Below, in pieces: positions 7,707 through 17,932 of a stretch of DNA of 50,788 nucleotides (position 1 is its first letter; each line of letters opens with the position of its first letter). The DNA comes from an uncultured virus (IMG/VR IMGVR_UViG_3300030102_006999). Taxonomy: Duplodnaviria; Heunggongvirae; Uroviricota; Caudoviricetes. The stretch lies in the IMG/VR virus record IMGVR_UViG_3300030102_006999; one strand, 5' to 3'. The translations under genes and the position numbers were made by a program. Under the pieces are notes generated by a model that saw only the letters and a program-made list of their open reading frames with translations, did not search any database and had not been told where the DNA came from.

Positions 7707-7818
7707 AATAAAAAATTTAACTTCAAATGCTTTTCATATCTCAAAATGGACATCTATTTCTGCAGCTTTAATGCTGCATTTTTTTTACTATAATTTTGTT
7801 GAAGGAGAAAAAGCTTAA
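7696..7818 (+). CDS. Possible 40-aa small protein
   Basis: ATG 7696 to TAA 7818 (MRNRIKNLTSNAFHISKWTSISAALMLHFFYYNFVEGEKA) fills the gap; below the ORF-track length cutoff. Confidence 0.4.
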   Translation: MRNRIKNLTSNAFHISKWTSISAALMLHFFYYNFVEGEKA

Positions 7819-7848
7819 AATATAAAGTTTTTTCGAATAGTTATTAAT

Positions 7849-8103
7849 ATGAACTGGTTTTTATATCTTGTAACAGAACCATTTATAGATGGAGATATTA
7901 TTACTAAACCCGGAGAAATAGGCGTAGGTCAATGTTCGATGTCTCCGGGGGTAACAGACGCTCCTTATGGAGTAATGTATGTAATACCAGAAACTTATGT
8001 AGTAGAGTATCATAAAACAAAAAAACAAAAAAAGATATGCTCTTCTCTAGTCAGAGAGGCTGTAGAAAAATACTTTGGAATTTCTTTAATCAATAGGAGA
8101 TAA
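7849..8103 (+). CDS. Hypothetical protein
   Basis: 84-aa ORF with no SD; TAGTTAT motif at 7838-7844. Confidence 0.65.
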   Translation: MNWFLYLVTEPFIDGDIITKPGEIGVGQCSMSPGVTDAPYGVMYVIPETYVVEYHKTKKQKKICSSLVREAVEKYFGISLINRR

Positions 8104-8104
8104 C

Positions 8105-8365
8105 ATGAAAAAAATAATCAAAGCTGGAACTGTATGTTTTATTTCTAGGCTTGGTCACAACAACTTCATTTACCCAATTAAGGATGAAAGTGGAATGACC
8201 ACTTTTAACCAAGATCTTGAGGAATATAATTTAAAAAGCTGGATTTGCGGAGATCCCAACTTAAAAGCTGTGGAAGTGAGAGCAAACGCTCTAAACAGTA
8301 TGATTTGCCAAACGGAAGCAAAAACTATAGTTTGGATAGACACAAGAAAGGTTAAAATATTCTAG
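8105..8365 (+). CDS. Hypothetical protein
   Basis: 86 aa with AGGAG SD. Confidence 0.7.
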   Translation: MKKIIKAGTVCFISRLGHNNFIYPIKDESGMTTFNQDLEEYNLKSWICGDPNLKAVEVRANALNSMICQTEAKTIVWIDTRKVKIF

Positions 8366-8398
8366 TGTTTAGTTAATAAAAAAACTACTTACTAATAG

Positions 8399-9743
8399 AT
8401 GGCAAGCGAAATCTATATTATAGATACTAGCGTCTGTTTAACAGATTCTTCATGTATATACCACTACGGGGAAGCGGATATTGTTATTCCCANNNNNNNN
8501 NNTGAAGGTATTGGAAGAGATAGATAAACACAAAAAAAGACAAGATTCCGTAGGGTCAAATGCTAGAAGCATAATTAGAGAATTTGATTTTCTAAGGGAG
8601 CGCGGAGGCCTCCAAAACGGAGTATCTTTAGGCGATTCTAAAGGCTCTTTATTTGTTACTAGAGTTCCACTAGATAATATCCCTGCAGACTTAAATAAAA
8701 CAGATCCAGATCATATTATTATGACTGCTGCGCTAAATCAGAAAGAAAAGAATCCGGATAGCAAAGTTGTGTTAGTATCTAGAGATATTAATATGAGAGT
8801 TATCGCGGATTCTCTTGGTTTAATATCTGAAGATTATATCGAAAATCAAATAATTGAAGTAAGGTCTGATCTTTACACTGGATATGAAAGTATTATGGTT
8901 AGCGACTGGGAAATAGATGACCTTTATAATAAAGGGACTTTATCTGTAGAATCTTTAGATTTAGGACACTCTCTAGAAGAAAATGCCTCTGTAATGCTAT
9001 ATTCAGATCAAAATGAAAAGAAGACTGTATTATGTAGACACAAAAAAGGATACTTAGGAAAAGTTATAGATGTTAATAAAAAAGGCGTATGGGGAGTTAA
9101 GCCAAGAAACAAAGAGCAAGTTTTTGCTTTTGACTTGCTTATGGATCCAAATATTTCTTTAGTCTCTTTGGTGGGCAGAGCGGGTTCCGGAAAAACTTTA
9201 ATGGCAATAGCTGCTGGCATTTCACAAACTATTCAAGATCCATTTAAGGTAGGCGAAGAGCCAATTTATAATAGATTAGTAATATCTAGGCCAATCCAAC
9301 CTATGGGTAAAGATATCGGATACTTACCCGGAACCATGGAAGAAAAAATGCATCCATGGCTCAAGCCAATCCAAGATAATCTGCAATACATTTTGGGTAA
9401 TGATAAGGCTACTCTAGAAGAATATATGGATAAAGGTATAATTGAAGTAGAAGCTTTAACTTATATTCGCGGCCGCTCAATTGCTAATGCTTATATTATT
9501 ATTGATGAAGCTCAAAACTTAACAGTTCATGAAATAAAAACCATCTTAACTAGAGTTGGAGATAATACAAAAATTATTTTGACCGGAGATGTCGAGCAAA
9601 TAGACAATATATATGTCGATGAAACATCAAATGGATTAGTACATACAGTCGAAAAATTTAAAGAACACGATGTTGCCGGCCATATCACCTTGCTAAAAGG
9701 TGAGAGATCAAGATTGGCAACATTAGCATCAGATATTTTATAA
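8399..9743 (+). CDS. phoH: PIN-domain + PhoH ATPase (PhoH2/YlaK type)
   Basis: ATG 8399 gives MASEIYIIDTSV (PIN). Deleting the 10 Ns joins IVIP-MKVLEEID in frame. PIN motifs DPDHII and SRDINMR; Walker A GRAGSGKT; RGRS; IIDEAQN; GDVEQID. Confidence 0.9.
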
Positions 9744-9748
9744 AATAT

Positions 9749-9777
9749 TTGACAATGACAATAAAGTAGGTTATAAT
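9749..9777 (+). promoter_or_regulatory. Consensus sigma70 promoter
   Basis: TTGACA 9749-9754, 17 nt, TATAAT 9772-9777. Confidence 0.85.
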
Positions 9778-9802
9778 AGGATTATAACTAGGGAGTATTG
9801 AT

Positions 9803-10039
9803 ATGAGTAATGAAGATTACAAGCATGGAATATTAAAAAATATTGTAACAACAGAAGGTGAACTAAAAGAATATTTAGTAAACTACGTTGGTGAAAAACT
9901 AAATCCTGATAACGGAGAAGTAACAGTAGAAATGATCATACAAGTATTAGCTTCAGAATTTCCAGAAGTACTTATAGGAGTTATTGAAGAAAATTATCTT
10001 CTCGGATATGAGCAAGGATTAAATGACAAGGAACTGTAA
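9803..10039 (+). CDS. Hypothetical protein
   Basis: 78 aa with GGGAG SD. Confidence 0.75.
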   Translation: MSNEDYKHGILKNIVTTEGELKEYLVNYVGEKLNPDNGEVTVEMIIQVLASEFPEVLIGVIEENYLLGYEQGLNDKEL

Positions 10040-10042
10040 AAT

Positions 10043-10729
10043 ATGTATAATCTAGACTATTTAAAACAGTCGCACCAGCGCGCCACATCACAATTGAAAG
10101 AATATACAATGCATGGAACTGTACAAATTTATATTAAAGATGAGTTACCAAAATCGGTAGACATTGGCACAGTATTAGACAAAGTTAGTACATCAATACC
10201 ATCTCACTTAACTAGGGAAATAGATTCTATTTATGTCGGTATGTTTGCAGAGTTTGATGAAATGGAAACAAATGCTTTATATAAAGATGGGGCTATATAT
10301 GTTACCAATGATCAAGATGATGAACAAGACTTAATTGATGATATTATTCACGAAATAGCGCACTCCGTAGAATCTCCCTATGGGTACGAACTATACGCAG
10401 ATGGGAGTTTAGAAAAAGAATTTTTAAGTAAAAGAAGTAAGCTTTATGAAGTACTCGAAGCTGAAGGTCTTAAACCCAATAAACATTTATTTATAAATCC
10501 AGATTACACAAAAGAAATGGATTTATATTTATATAAAGAAGTTGGCTATGACAGATTAAATTTTATTGTCTCTTCTTATGGGCTATTTACTTCAGCATAC
10601 GCAGCTACCGCTTTGAGAGAATATTTTGCCAGTGGGTTTGAATATTATTTTTTAGATGACAGAAATTATATGTGCAAAATATGTCCTGTTTTGTGCAAGA
10701 AAATAAAGGAAATACATGAAAATGATTAA
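10043..10729 (+). CDS. Zinc metallopeptidase (HExxH zincin)
   Basis: IIHEIAHSVE and a downstream YA...REYFA third-ligand motif. Confidence 0.7.
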   Translation: MYNLDYLKQSHQRATSQLKEYTMHGTVQIYIKDELPKSVDIGTVLDKVSTSIPSHLTREIDSIYVGMFAEFDEMETNALYKDGAIYVTNDQDDEQDLIDDIIHEIAHSVESPYGYELYADGSLEKEFLSKRSKLYEVLEAEGLKPNKHLFINPDYTKEMDLYLYKEVGYDRLNFIVSSYGLFTSAYAATALREYFASGFEYYFLDDRNYMCKICPVLCKKIKEIHEND

Positions 10730-11084
10730 TATAGAATCGATTAACAGACAGCGTGGAAAAATTTCGATCACACTAAGTGTGCGGCCGTTTGATAATTTTA
10801 ATTTCAATCATAAAATAGCAGTATCTACTGTTGATGTTCTAAAAATTTTAGAAGAAAAGCGAATAAAAGTTCTGGAATGTATTGAAGAAGGATTTATTTT
10901 AAATAGAAGAGAAAAAACATGTAAATCAACATGGGTATTTAAAACTCCCTATAATTCTAAGAAAAAAATAAAAAATAATAAAAAAGCACTTGACAAATCT
11001 GTAGAAGATGTTATAATAATAACAGAACCAAAAGATCTGGAAGAAATAAAAGATCTGGAGGATACTAAAAAAACAGAGGAATAA
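10716..11084 (+). CDS. Hypothetical basic protein
   Basis: 122 aa with AAGGA SD; a promoter is embedded in its 3' end. Confidence 0.65.
   Translation: MKMINIESINRQRGKISITLSVRPFDNFNFNHKIAVSTVDVLKILEEKRIKVLECIEEGFILNRREKTCKSTWVFKTPYNSKKKIKNNKKALDKSVEDVIIITEPKDLEEIKDLEDTKKTEE
10990..11017 (+). promoter_or_regulatory. Sigma70 promoter with extended -10
   Basis: TTGACA 10990-10995, 16 nt, TGn-TATAAT 11012-11017. Confidence 0.75.
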
Positions 11085-11855
11085 GTGCCACATATATCTT
11101 TTTCTGAACTAAAAAACTGGAACTTCTGTCCTTTTTATCATAAGCTGACTTATGTTGATAAACTTAAAGGTTTTACCGGAAATGCCTATACTGCATTCGG
11201 TAATGCTATTCATGAAGTTTGTGAAAAAAAACTAATCAAAGAATCTTTTGAAGAAGACGAATATTTTATAAAAAGATTTGAAGAAATCTTATCTGGATTA
11301 GATCCTGAAGTCCTAGAGGCTACAAACGATAAGATGATGGAAGATATGGCAGTGCAGGGAACACAAATAATTCCTGATATTGAACCTGCACTAGAAGTAT
11401 ACTTTCCTGATGGATATGAAGTCTTGGCAACAGAAGAAGATCTGATGGTGCAAATTGAGGACGAAGAATATAACTTCAAAGGCTTCATTGATGCTGTAAT
11501 TAAAACACCAGATGAAAAAGTCCATATTATTGATTGGAAATCCTGTTCGTGGGGCTGGGACGCACGCCGCCGCGCTGACCCAATGGTAACTTATCAATTA
11601 ACATTATATAAAATATTTTATGCCAAAAAGCATGGAGCCGATCCAAAAAGCATTGAGACCCACTTTGGTTTATTAAAAAGAACAGCAAAAAAAGATAAAG
11701 TAGAAATCTTTAGGGTTACAAGTGGCCCCAAAAAGCAATCAAATGCATTGGCTCTTCTAAATAAAGCAATTTATAACATTAAACAAAAAAACTACATTAA
11801 AGACAAAAGATCTTGTGCAAAATGTGAGTTTTATAAAACAGAACATTGTCCATAG
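11085..11855 (+). CDS. Cas4/RecB-like PD-(D/E)xK exonuclease with a probable Fe-S cluster
   Basis: ISFS...CP, GNAIH, KGFID, IIDWK, QLTLY, C-terminal CAKC...CP. Confidence 0.9.
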   Translation: MPHISFSELKNWNFCPFYHKLTYVDKLKGFTGNAYTAFGNAIHEVCEKKLIKESFEEDEYFIKRFEEILSGLDPEVLEATNDKMMEDMAVQGTQIIPDIEPALEVYFPDGYEVLATEEDLMVQIEDEEYNFKGFIDAVIKTPDEKVHIIDWKSCSWGWDARRRADPMVTYQLTLYKIFYAKKHGADPKSIETHFGLLKRTAKKDKVEIFRVTSGPKKQSNALALLNKAIYNIKQKNYIKDKRSCAKCEFYKTEHCP

Positions 11856-11863
11856 AGGTATAG

Positions 11864-13126
11864 ATGACAACAGAAAAAAAGAAAATCTTGGTCATTTCTG
11901 ACCACCCATTAGCTCCATCTGGAGTCGGAACACAAACAAGGTATGTTCTTACAGCTCTCTTAGAGACCGGTAGGTATAAAGTAGTGTGTTTCGGAGGAGC
12001 CATGAAACACAAAAATTACTCGCCACAACAGGTAGATGGATACGGAGAAGATTTCGTCATTTACCCAGTCGACGGCTATGGTAATACAGAAATGTTACGC
12101 TCCGCATTATTTACAGAAAAGCCAGATATGGTTTGGTTTATGACCGATCCTAGATTTTATGGATGGTTGTGGGATATGGAAAACGAGATTAGACCACACT
12201 GCCCAATGGTTTACTACCATGTGTGGGATAACTATCCCTACCCTCATTATAATAAAGAATTTTACGATTCGACAGATGTCATCGCGTCTATCTCTAAAGT
12301 TACCCACGATATTGTAAACACGGTAGCTCCAGAAGTTGAAAATCATTATGTGCCTCACGCTGTAGATACAAATATCTTTTCTCCGCTTAGTACTGTCCAA
12401 GTAGAGGATTTAAAATCTCAAATGTTTGGAGAAGGAGACCAAAAAATTACTTTCTTCTGGAATAACAGAAACGCTCGCAGAAAACAATCTGGTTCTTTGT
12501 TATTTTGGTTTAATGAATTTGCGGAAGAAGTAGGTCCAGAAAATGTAAGATTATTACTGCACACCGATCCCAATGATCCCCATGGGCCTAACTTAGAATC
12601 AATTATTAAATATTTAAATGCCGATGATGGTCGGTTTCTGATATCTAAAGATAAAGTACCACCAGAAAAACTATCTCTTTTGTATAATGTATCTGATTGT
12701 ACGGTGAATATTTCAGATGCTGAAGGTTTTGGGCTATCTACTCTAGAATCTTTATCATGCGGTACTCCGATTATAGTTACTATGACAGGCGGCTTACAAG
12801 AACAAGTAACTGACGGAGAAAATACTTTTGGAATTGGCATAGAACCTTCCACGAAATCAGTAATCGGCTCTCAGACAGTTCCGTTTATATATGAAGATAG
12901 GATTTCAAAAGAAGATTTTGTTAACGCCCTGAAAGACATTTATAGTATGACAAAAGACCAGAGGAGGTTATTGGGAATCCAAGGCCGCCAACATGTTATT
13001 AAAAATTATAACTTTAATAAATTTAATAAATCATGGGTGAATTTGGTGGATTCGATCGTAGAATCAAGAGGCTCATGGGAATCTAGAAAAAAATATAAAT
13101 CTTGGGATTTAAGGGAGATTAAATAA
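11864..13126 (+). CDS. GT4-family (GT-B) glycosyltransferase
   Basis: N-terminal SDHP...SGVG, RNARRK, and EGFGLSTLE (Ex7E). Confidence 0.9.
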   Translation: MTTEKKKILVISDHPLAPSGVGTQTRYVLTALLETGRYKVVCFGGAMKHKNYSPQQVDGYGEDFVIYPVDGYGNTEMLRSALFTEKPDMVWFMTDPRFYGWLWDMENEIRPHCPMVYYHVWDNYPYPHYNKEFYDSTDVIASISKVTHDIVNTVAPEVENHYVPHAVDTNIFSPLSTVQVEDLKSQMFGEGDQKITFFWNNRNARRKQSGSLLFWFNEFAEEVGPENVRLLLHTDPNDPHGPNLESIIKYLNADDGRFLISKDKVPPEKLSLLYNVSDCTVNISDAEGFGLSTLESLSCGTPIIVTMTGGLQEQVTDGENTFGIGIEPSTKSVIGSQTVPFIYEDRISKEDFVNALKDIYSMTKDQRRLLGIQGRQHVIKNYNFNKFNKSWVNLVDSIVESRGSWESRKKYKSWDLREIK

Positions 13127-14367
13127 TGAAACAAAAAGTATTAGTAAGGGGCCCAGTTTTAACTCAAAGCGGATATGGTGAACAATGTCGTTTTGCCATT
13201 AGGTCACTTAGGTCCCGCGAAGATTTGTTTGATATATATATTATTCCTACAACTTGGGGGCAAACAAGTTGGATTAGTATTAATAATGAAGAGCGCTCTT
13301 GGATCGATTCTGTAATTGCTAAGACGCATACTTATACGCAGTCTGGTGGAGTATTCGATTTATCTGTGCAAGTTACTATTCCTAACGAATGGGAGAGGCT
13401 GGCACCAATTAATATTGGATATACAGCAGGGATTGAAACAACAAAAATAGCCCCTCAATGGATAGAAAAGGCATCGATTATGGACAAAATTATTGTTGTT
13501 TCAAACCACTCGAAAGAAGTCTATGAAAACACTTCATATCAAAGCCAAAATCCTCAAACTGGCAAAAGTGTAGTATACCAGTGCACCACTCCGATTAGTG
13601 TAGTGAACTATCCTGTAAGAAATGTGGAAAAAGAAAATATTGACTTAGATCTTGAATATGATTTTAACTATCTTGCAATCTCCCAGTGGGGCCCAAGAAA
13701 AAACTTTGATAATCTTATTAACTGGTTTATTGAAGAGAACTTTGACCGAGAAGTTGGCTTAGTTTTAAAAACATCCATTAGAAATAATAGCTTGATTGAT
13801 AGAAATCATACAGAAAAAAGACTCCAATCGATTGTTAAAAGCCATGGAGACATTAAATGTAAGGTATACTTGATTCATGGAGATTTATCTGATGAGCAAA
13901 TGGTTGGTATTTATAATCATCCAAAAATTAAATGCCTAATTAGTACGACACACGGCGAAGGCTATGGTTTACCTCTCTTCGAAGCAGCCGCAGCAGGTCT
14001 TCCAATCATCTGCTCAGGATGGTCTGGTCAACGAGACTTTCTATATATTTCGAATAAAAAATCAAAAAACAACTTAAAACCAATGTTTTTAGAAGTTGAA
14101 TATGACTTACGAAACGTCCAGACGCAAGCCGTGTGGGAAGGAGTCATTCAGCCAGATTCACAATGGTGTTTTCCCAAAGAGGCTTCTTTTAAGAAAAAGC
14201 TTAGAGAAATTAGAACAAACTATAAAAAAAACAAGAAGGTCGCTACAAACTTAAGAAAACATATTGTAGAAAACTTCACTGAAGATAAGATGTATAGCGA
14301 TTTTGTTAGCAGTGTCCAACAGGTATTTAAGACTAGAGAGGAAGAGTTTGATTCAATCTTCTCTTGA
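13126..14367 (+). CDS. GT4-family (GT-B) glycosyltransferase
   Basis: SGYG, PRKN, and EGYGLPLFE (Ex7E). Confidence 0.9.
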   Translation: MKQKVLVRGPVLTQSGYGEQCRFAIRSLRSREDLFDIYIIPTTWGQTSWISINNEERSWIDSVIAKTHTYTQSGGVFDLSVQVTIPNEWERLAPINIGYTAGIETTKIAPQWIEKASIMDKIIVVSNHSKEVYENTSYQSQNPQTGKSVVYQCTTPISVVNYPVRNVEKENIDLDLEYDFNYLAISQWGPRKNFDNLINWFIEENFDREVGLVLKTSIRNNSLIDRNHTEKRLQSIVKSHGDIKCKVYLIHGDLSDEQMVGIYNHPKIKCLISTTHGEGYGLPLFEAAAAGLPIICSGWSGQRDFLYISNKKSKNNLKPMFLEVEYDLRNVQTQAVWEGVIQPDSQWCFPKEASFKKKLREIRTNYKKNKKVATNLRKHIVENFTEDKMYSDFVSSVQQVFKTREEEFDSIFS

Positions 14368-15061
14368 GAAATATAAAGATTTGCATATTGGAAAATCTGC
14401 AGTAATATTAACATGCGGCCCATCATTATTAGAATATGATAAAGAAAAAATGCAAAGTTTTTGTCAAGATAAAATCGTCTTTACAATTAAGCAAGCAATA
14501 AAAAAATATCCTGAAATATCTGATTATCATTTCTTTAACGATAATAACTTTTGTAAATATGATACACCAGCAGTAAAGATTGCTTCTTCCGCTAATCCTT
14601 TAGAAATGAAAAGAATGGTATGGAAAGATCAAGAAATAGATATTATGTTAAAAGTTTCATCAGTTACTTGGGATATAAGAGACTCTGTATCATATAAGAA
14701 AAATTTTGATAGAATGCTAATCAAAGAAGGCGAGACTTCTAGACCATGGGGCCCCGGAATTATGTATGAGACTGTTTTGCCTCTTGTTTTATACACCGGA
14801 ATTAAAGAAATATATGTAAATGGATGGGATTACACAACAGTCGATGGAAAGTTAAAGCACTATTATGACGAAAAGAAAGCTGAAAAACACTTAATAAATA
14901 CTGGAAAAGAAATTGGTACCATGTCTTATGGAGAAAAAGAAGTATTTTTAAGTTCTACAGAATATTTGTACGATTTTCTAAAAGAAATAAATGTAGATTT
15001 ACATTTGCTCTCAAGCTGTTCGCAAATAAGTGACAAGTTCAATAGAATACATGAAATATAA
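14348..15061 (+). CDS. DUF115/Maf-like (GT42-related) putative nonulosonic-acid transferase
   Basis: KYKDLHIGKSAVILTCGPSL and YTGIKEIYVNGWDY...HYY. TTG start at 14348 chosen because GAGGA lies upstream. Confidence 0.6.
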   Translation: MIQSSLEKYKDLHIGKSAVILTCGPSLLEYDKEKMQSFCQDKIVFTIKQAIKKYPEISDYHFFNDNNFCKYDTPAVKIASSANPLEMKRMVWKDQEIDIMLKVSSVTWDIRDSVSYKKNFDRMLIKEGETSRPWGPGIMYETVLPLVLYTGIKEIYVNGWDYTTVDGKLKHYYDEKKAEKHLINTGKEIGTMSYGEKEVFLSSTEYLYDFLKEINVDLHLLSSCSQISDKFNRIHEI

Positions 15062-15698
15062 AGACTACACATTTTTAATCCCAGCACGTCGAAATTCGAA
15101 GGGTTTACCGTTCAAGAATAGAAAGCTGCTAGAAGCTACATTAGATATTATTCCAAAAAAATATATCGATAAAGTATTAGTTTCGACCGATGATGAATAT
15201 ATTATTGAGAAATGTAAAAATCAAAATATAAGATGTGTTAAGAGATCTCCAGAAAATTCTAGAGATGAGTCTTCAACAAAAGATGTTTTTCAAGAAATCT
15301 CTCCATATGTAAAAACCAGCAATATTGTCTTGCTATACTTGACATATCCAGAAAGAACTTGGGAAGATGTTTGTTCTGCTATAGGATTTTACGAAAGGTA
15401 TTCCGAAGGAAGTATGCTGTGTAAGAAAAAAATAAATACTTCTCCTTATTTGATGATGTACGAAAAAGGTATCCATGGCCGCCAAATTATAAATCATAAT
15501 TTATATAGAAGGCAAGATTACCCTGATTGTTTTGAAATAAGTCATTATATAGGGGTTTTTAACAAGAAAGTAGTTGACTTATTAAACAATAACATGTATA
15601 ATAATGATACTGTATTTTTTTCGATAGATGATGTTATAGATGTTGATACACCCAAAGATTTGGAGAAATATAATGAAAAAAACAAAGATTATTGCTGA
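15051..15698 (+). CDS. neuA: CMP-nonulosonic acid (acylneuraminate) cytidylyltransferase
   Basis: IPARRNSKGLPFKN, VSTDD, RRQDYP, DVDTPKDL. Confidence 0.9.
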   Translation: MKYKDYTFLIPARRNSKGLPFKNRKLLEATLDIIPKKYIDKVLVSTDDEYIIEKCKNQNIRCVKRSPENSRDESSTKDVFQEISPYVKTSNIVLLYLTYPERTWEDVCSAIGFYERYSEGSMLCKKKINTSPYLMMYEKGIHGRQIINHNLYRRQDYPDCFEISHYIGVFNKKVVDLLNNNMYNNDTVFFSIDDVIDVDTPKDLEKYNEKNKDYC

Positions 15699-16494
15699 AA
15701 TTGGAATCAACCATAATGGATCGCTTGATTTAGCCAAAAGGCTTATTGATGCATCTATTATTTCTGGATGTAATTTCGCTAAGTTTCAAAAAAGAACACC
15801 CGACATTTGTGTTCCAGAGCACCAAAAAAGCAAACTTAGAGAAACACCATGGGGCACAATTCCTTATATTGAATATAAGAAGAAGATTGAGTTTGAGAAA
15901 GAAGAATATGATGAATTATACGAATATGTAAGAAACAAGCCGATTGAAATATTTGCAAGTGTTTGGGACAAACCATCTGTAGACTTCATGAGCCAATATG
16001 CATCACCACTAAAGATCGGTAGTGCCTTAATTAATGATATTGACTTATGCAAACATGCGAGAGACAATACTGATTTATTGATCGTTTCAACGGGAATGAG
16101 CACCGAAGAAGAGATTGAAAAATGCATCAAGGCATGCAATCCAGATGTTGTTATGCATACCAATTCAACCTATCCAAGTCCGGTTGAGGAGCTAAACCTT
16201 GAATATATTAACTGGCTTAAGCAAAAATGGCCAAATGTAGAAATCGGCTATTCTGGTCATGAATATGGTCTTGTGACTACTTTTGCTGCGGTTGCAATGG
16301 GGTGCTCATGGGTGGAGAGGCACCTAACTCTAGAAAGAACCATGTGGGGTTCAGACCACATCGCCTCGGTTGAGCCTCAAGGGTTTATGAAGCTCGTTAA
16401 GGGCATCAGGGACATTGATAGAGCAATGGGCACAGGAGGTCCACGAGTTTGTCTCGAAGGCGAAATGAAGAAGAGGGAGAGCCTAAGAAAGTGA
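15673..16494 (+). CDS. neuB: Nonulosonic acid synthase, short form without the C-terminal SAF/antifreeze domain
   Basis: IIAEIGINHNG, KFQKR, KIGS, VSTGMS, YSGHE, VERH, GSDH. Confidence 0.92.
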   Translation: MKKTKIIAEIGINHNGSLDLAKRLIDASIISGCNFAKFQKRTPDICVPEHQKSKLRETPWGTIPYIEYKKKIEFEKEEYDELYEYVRNKPIEIFASVWDKPSVDFMSQYASPLKIGSALINDIDLCKHARDNTDLLIVSTGMSTEEEIEKCIKACNPDVVMHTNSTYPSPVEELNLEYINWLKQKWPNVEIGYSGHEYGLVTTFAAVAMGCSWVERHLTLERTMWGSDHIASVEPQGFMKLVKGIRDIDRAMGTGGPRVCLEGEMKKRESLRK

Positions 16495-17150
16495 ATAAAC
16501 AATTTTTAAATGATGGATATCTTATTATTGATAAGGTCTTCTCCCCTCAAGAAATAGAAGAAATGAGAAACATCTCTCTAAACTATTTTCATAATTGTGG
16601 CGGATTTAGAGACAATACCGGTCGCGCCAAGCCAGATTGGGTCAAGGATCAAAAGCTATCCAAAATAAGAGAAATAATCGAATCAAAAAATGTAGAAAAC
16701 ATCATTCAAGATCTTATTGGAGAGCCCGTGTCCTTTATAGGGCACAATGATCTCCACGTCAATAGGAACGTTAATTGGCACAAAGATAGGCTCAATGGCG
16801 CCGCAAGAGAGTACGAAATACATAATCCATGGTCAGAGGTTGATGGCCAAACAATGAAGATATATAAGGTTAATATATACCTACAAGATCATTCAGACAA
16901 TGATGACGGCCTAATAATTAAAGAGCAGAGTCATAAATTTGAGAATTTGGATCATGGCTCCGTTAGATTTCTGCGCCCACCAGCCGGCTCAATTGTTGTT
17001 TTTGATCAAAGAATTACGCACCGCGCCCAATGGTCGGGAGGATATAATAGGCTTCTAATTTGCATGGGCTATGGTGTTAAAAACTGTTTTTTCCATGAAT
17101 TTGAAAAGGGAACACAATATAGGCAGAATAAGCAAAATGAAAGAAATTAA
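16491..17150 (+). CDS. PhyH-like Fe(II)/2-oxoglutarate dioxygenase
   Basis: DGYLII, WHKD (HxD), GSIVVFD...THRA...R. GTG 16491 overlaps the neuB stop. Confidence 0.75.
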   Translation: MNKQFLNDGYLIIDKVFSPQEIEEMRNISLNYFHNCGGFRDNTGRAKPDWVKDQKLSKIREIIESKNVENIIQDLIGEPVSFIGHNDLHVNRNVNWHKDRLNGAAREYEIHNPWSEVDGQTMKIYKVNIYLQDHSDNDDGLIIKEQSHKFENLDHGSVRFLRPPAGSIVVFDQRITHRAQWSGGYNRLLICMGYGVKNCFFHEFEKGTQYRQNKQNERN

Positions 17151-17847
17151 AGAATTTGCGAACATCCACAAGGGTGAAGACATTTATATTATATGTTCTG
17201 GAAAATCCCTTGATTATATTTCAGAAGACTTCTTTGAAAATAAAATTATGTTAGGGATCAATCAAGCATATAAGAAACTAAACTGCCATTATTATGTTAG
17301 AAAAGAAGCAGCCCTATTGGAAGAAATTTTCTTAAAAGATTATGAGAAGATAAAAGATTCTTACTTTTTTGTTTCCCGCCACGACGGCGGCTTCGCAGCA
17401 GGAGTAAGAACAGATAAGAACTTAAATATTGTAAAAAATAACTTGTCCCAACACAAAAACATCTTGGTATATGAGACAAATCAAAACATAAGCAGATCAA
17501 GAATTAACCCAGATCTGGTTCAATTGACAGGCGATTTTTTCTTAGCTACGGATTCGACAATAACAACCGGAATAAATATAGCAGCCTTCATGGGCGCAAA
17601 AAACATTATATTATGCGGTCATGATTGTGTATCAATAAACGGAGAACCCAATTTTTCAGGCTATCATAGTGACGAGTCATACAAGATTAAACACGCCCAA
17701 GGAAAACACCAATATTCAAGGTGGCTTTCTGGACTAGAGAGACAAACAAGAGAAATGAAGCATATTTTAAAAAATAAATATGATATAAATCTATTATCAA
17801 TAAACCCATTTGTGAGCATGAAAATGGGCGGAAATAATTTATCATGA
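17137..17847 (+). CDS. Second DUF115/Maf-like putative glycosyltransferase
   Basis: NIHKGEDIYIICSGKSL, LGINQ, AAFMGAKNIILCGHD. Confidence 0.65.
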   Translation: MKEIKEFANIHKGEDIYIICSGKSLDYISEDFFENKIMLGINQAYKKLNCHYYVRKEAALLEEIFLKDYEKIKDSYFFVSRHDGGFAAGVRTDKNLNIVKNNLSQHKNILVYETNQNISRSRINPDLVQLTGDFFLATDSTITTGINIAAFMGAKNIILCGHDCVSINGEPNFSGYHSDESYKIKHAQGKHQYSRWLSGLERQTREMKHILKNKYDINLLSINPFVSMKMGGNNLS

Positions 17848-17857
17848 GGAATATAAA

Positions 17858-17932
17858 ATGAAAAAAGCACTGCATATATTTGCGTCAGATGCCAAGACAA
17901 ATTCTGGAGACTTTTTCCATAAAGCACGATAA
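17858..17932 (+). pseudogene. 24-aa remnant resembling the N-terminus of a polysaccharide pyruvyltransferase-like gene
   Basis: GAGGA SD plus ATG; MKKALHIFASDAKTNSGDFF contains an NxGD motif, then a stop. Confidence 0.35.

Noticed and set aside
8493..8502. Programmed frameshift or pseudogene in phoH
   Set aside because: The frame change equals the 10-N placeholder; removing it restores the frame.
11030..11059. 12-nt direct repeat AAAAGATCTGGA
   Set aside because: In-frame micro-duplication (KDLE x2) in a disordered tail; no sign of function.
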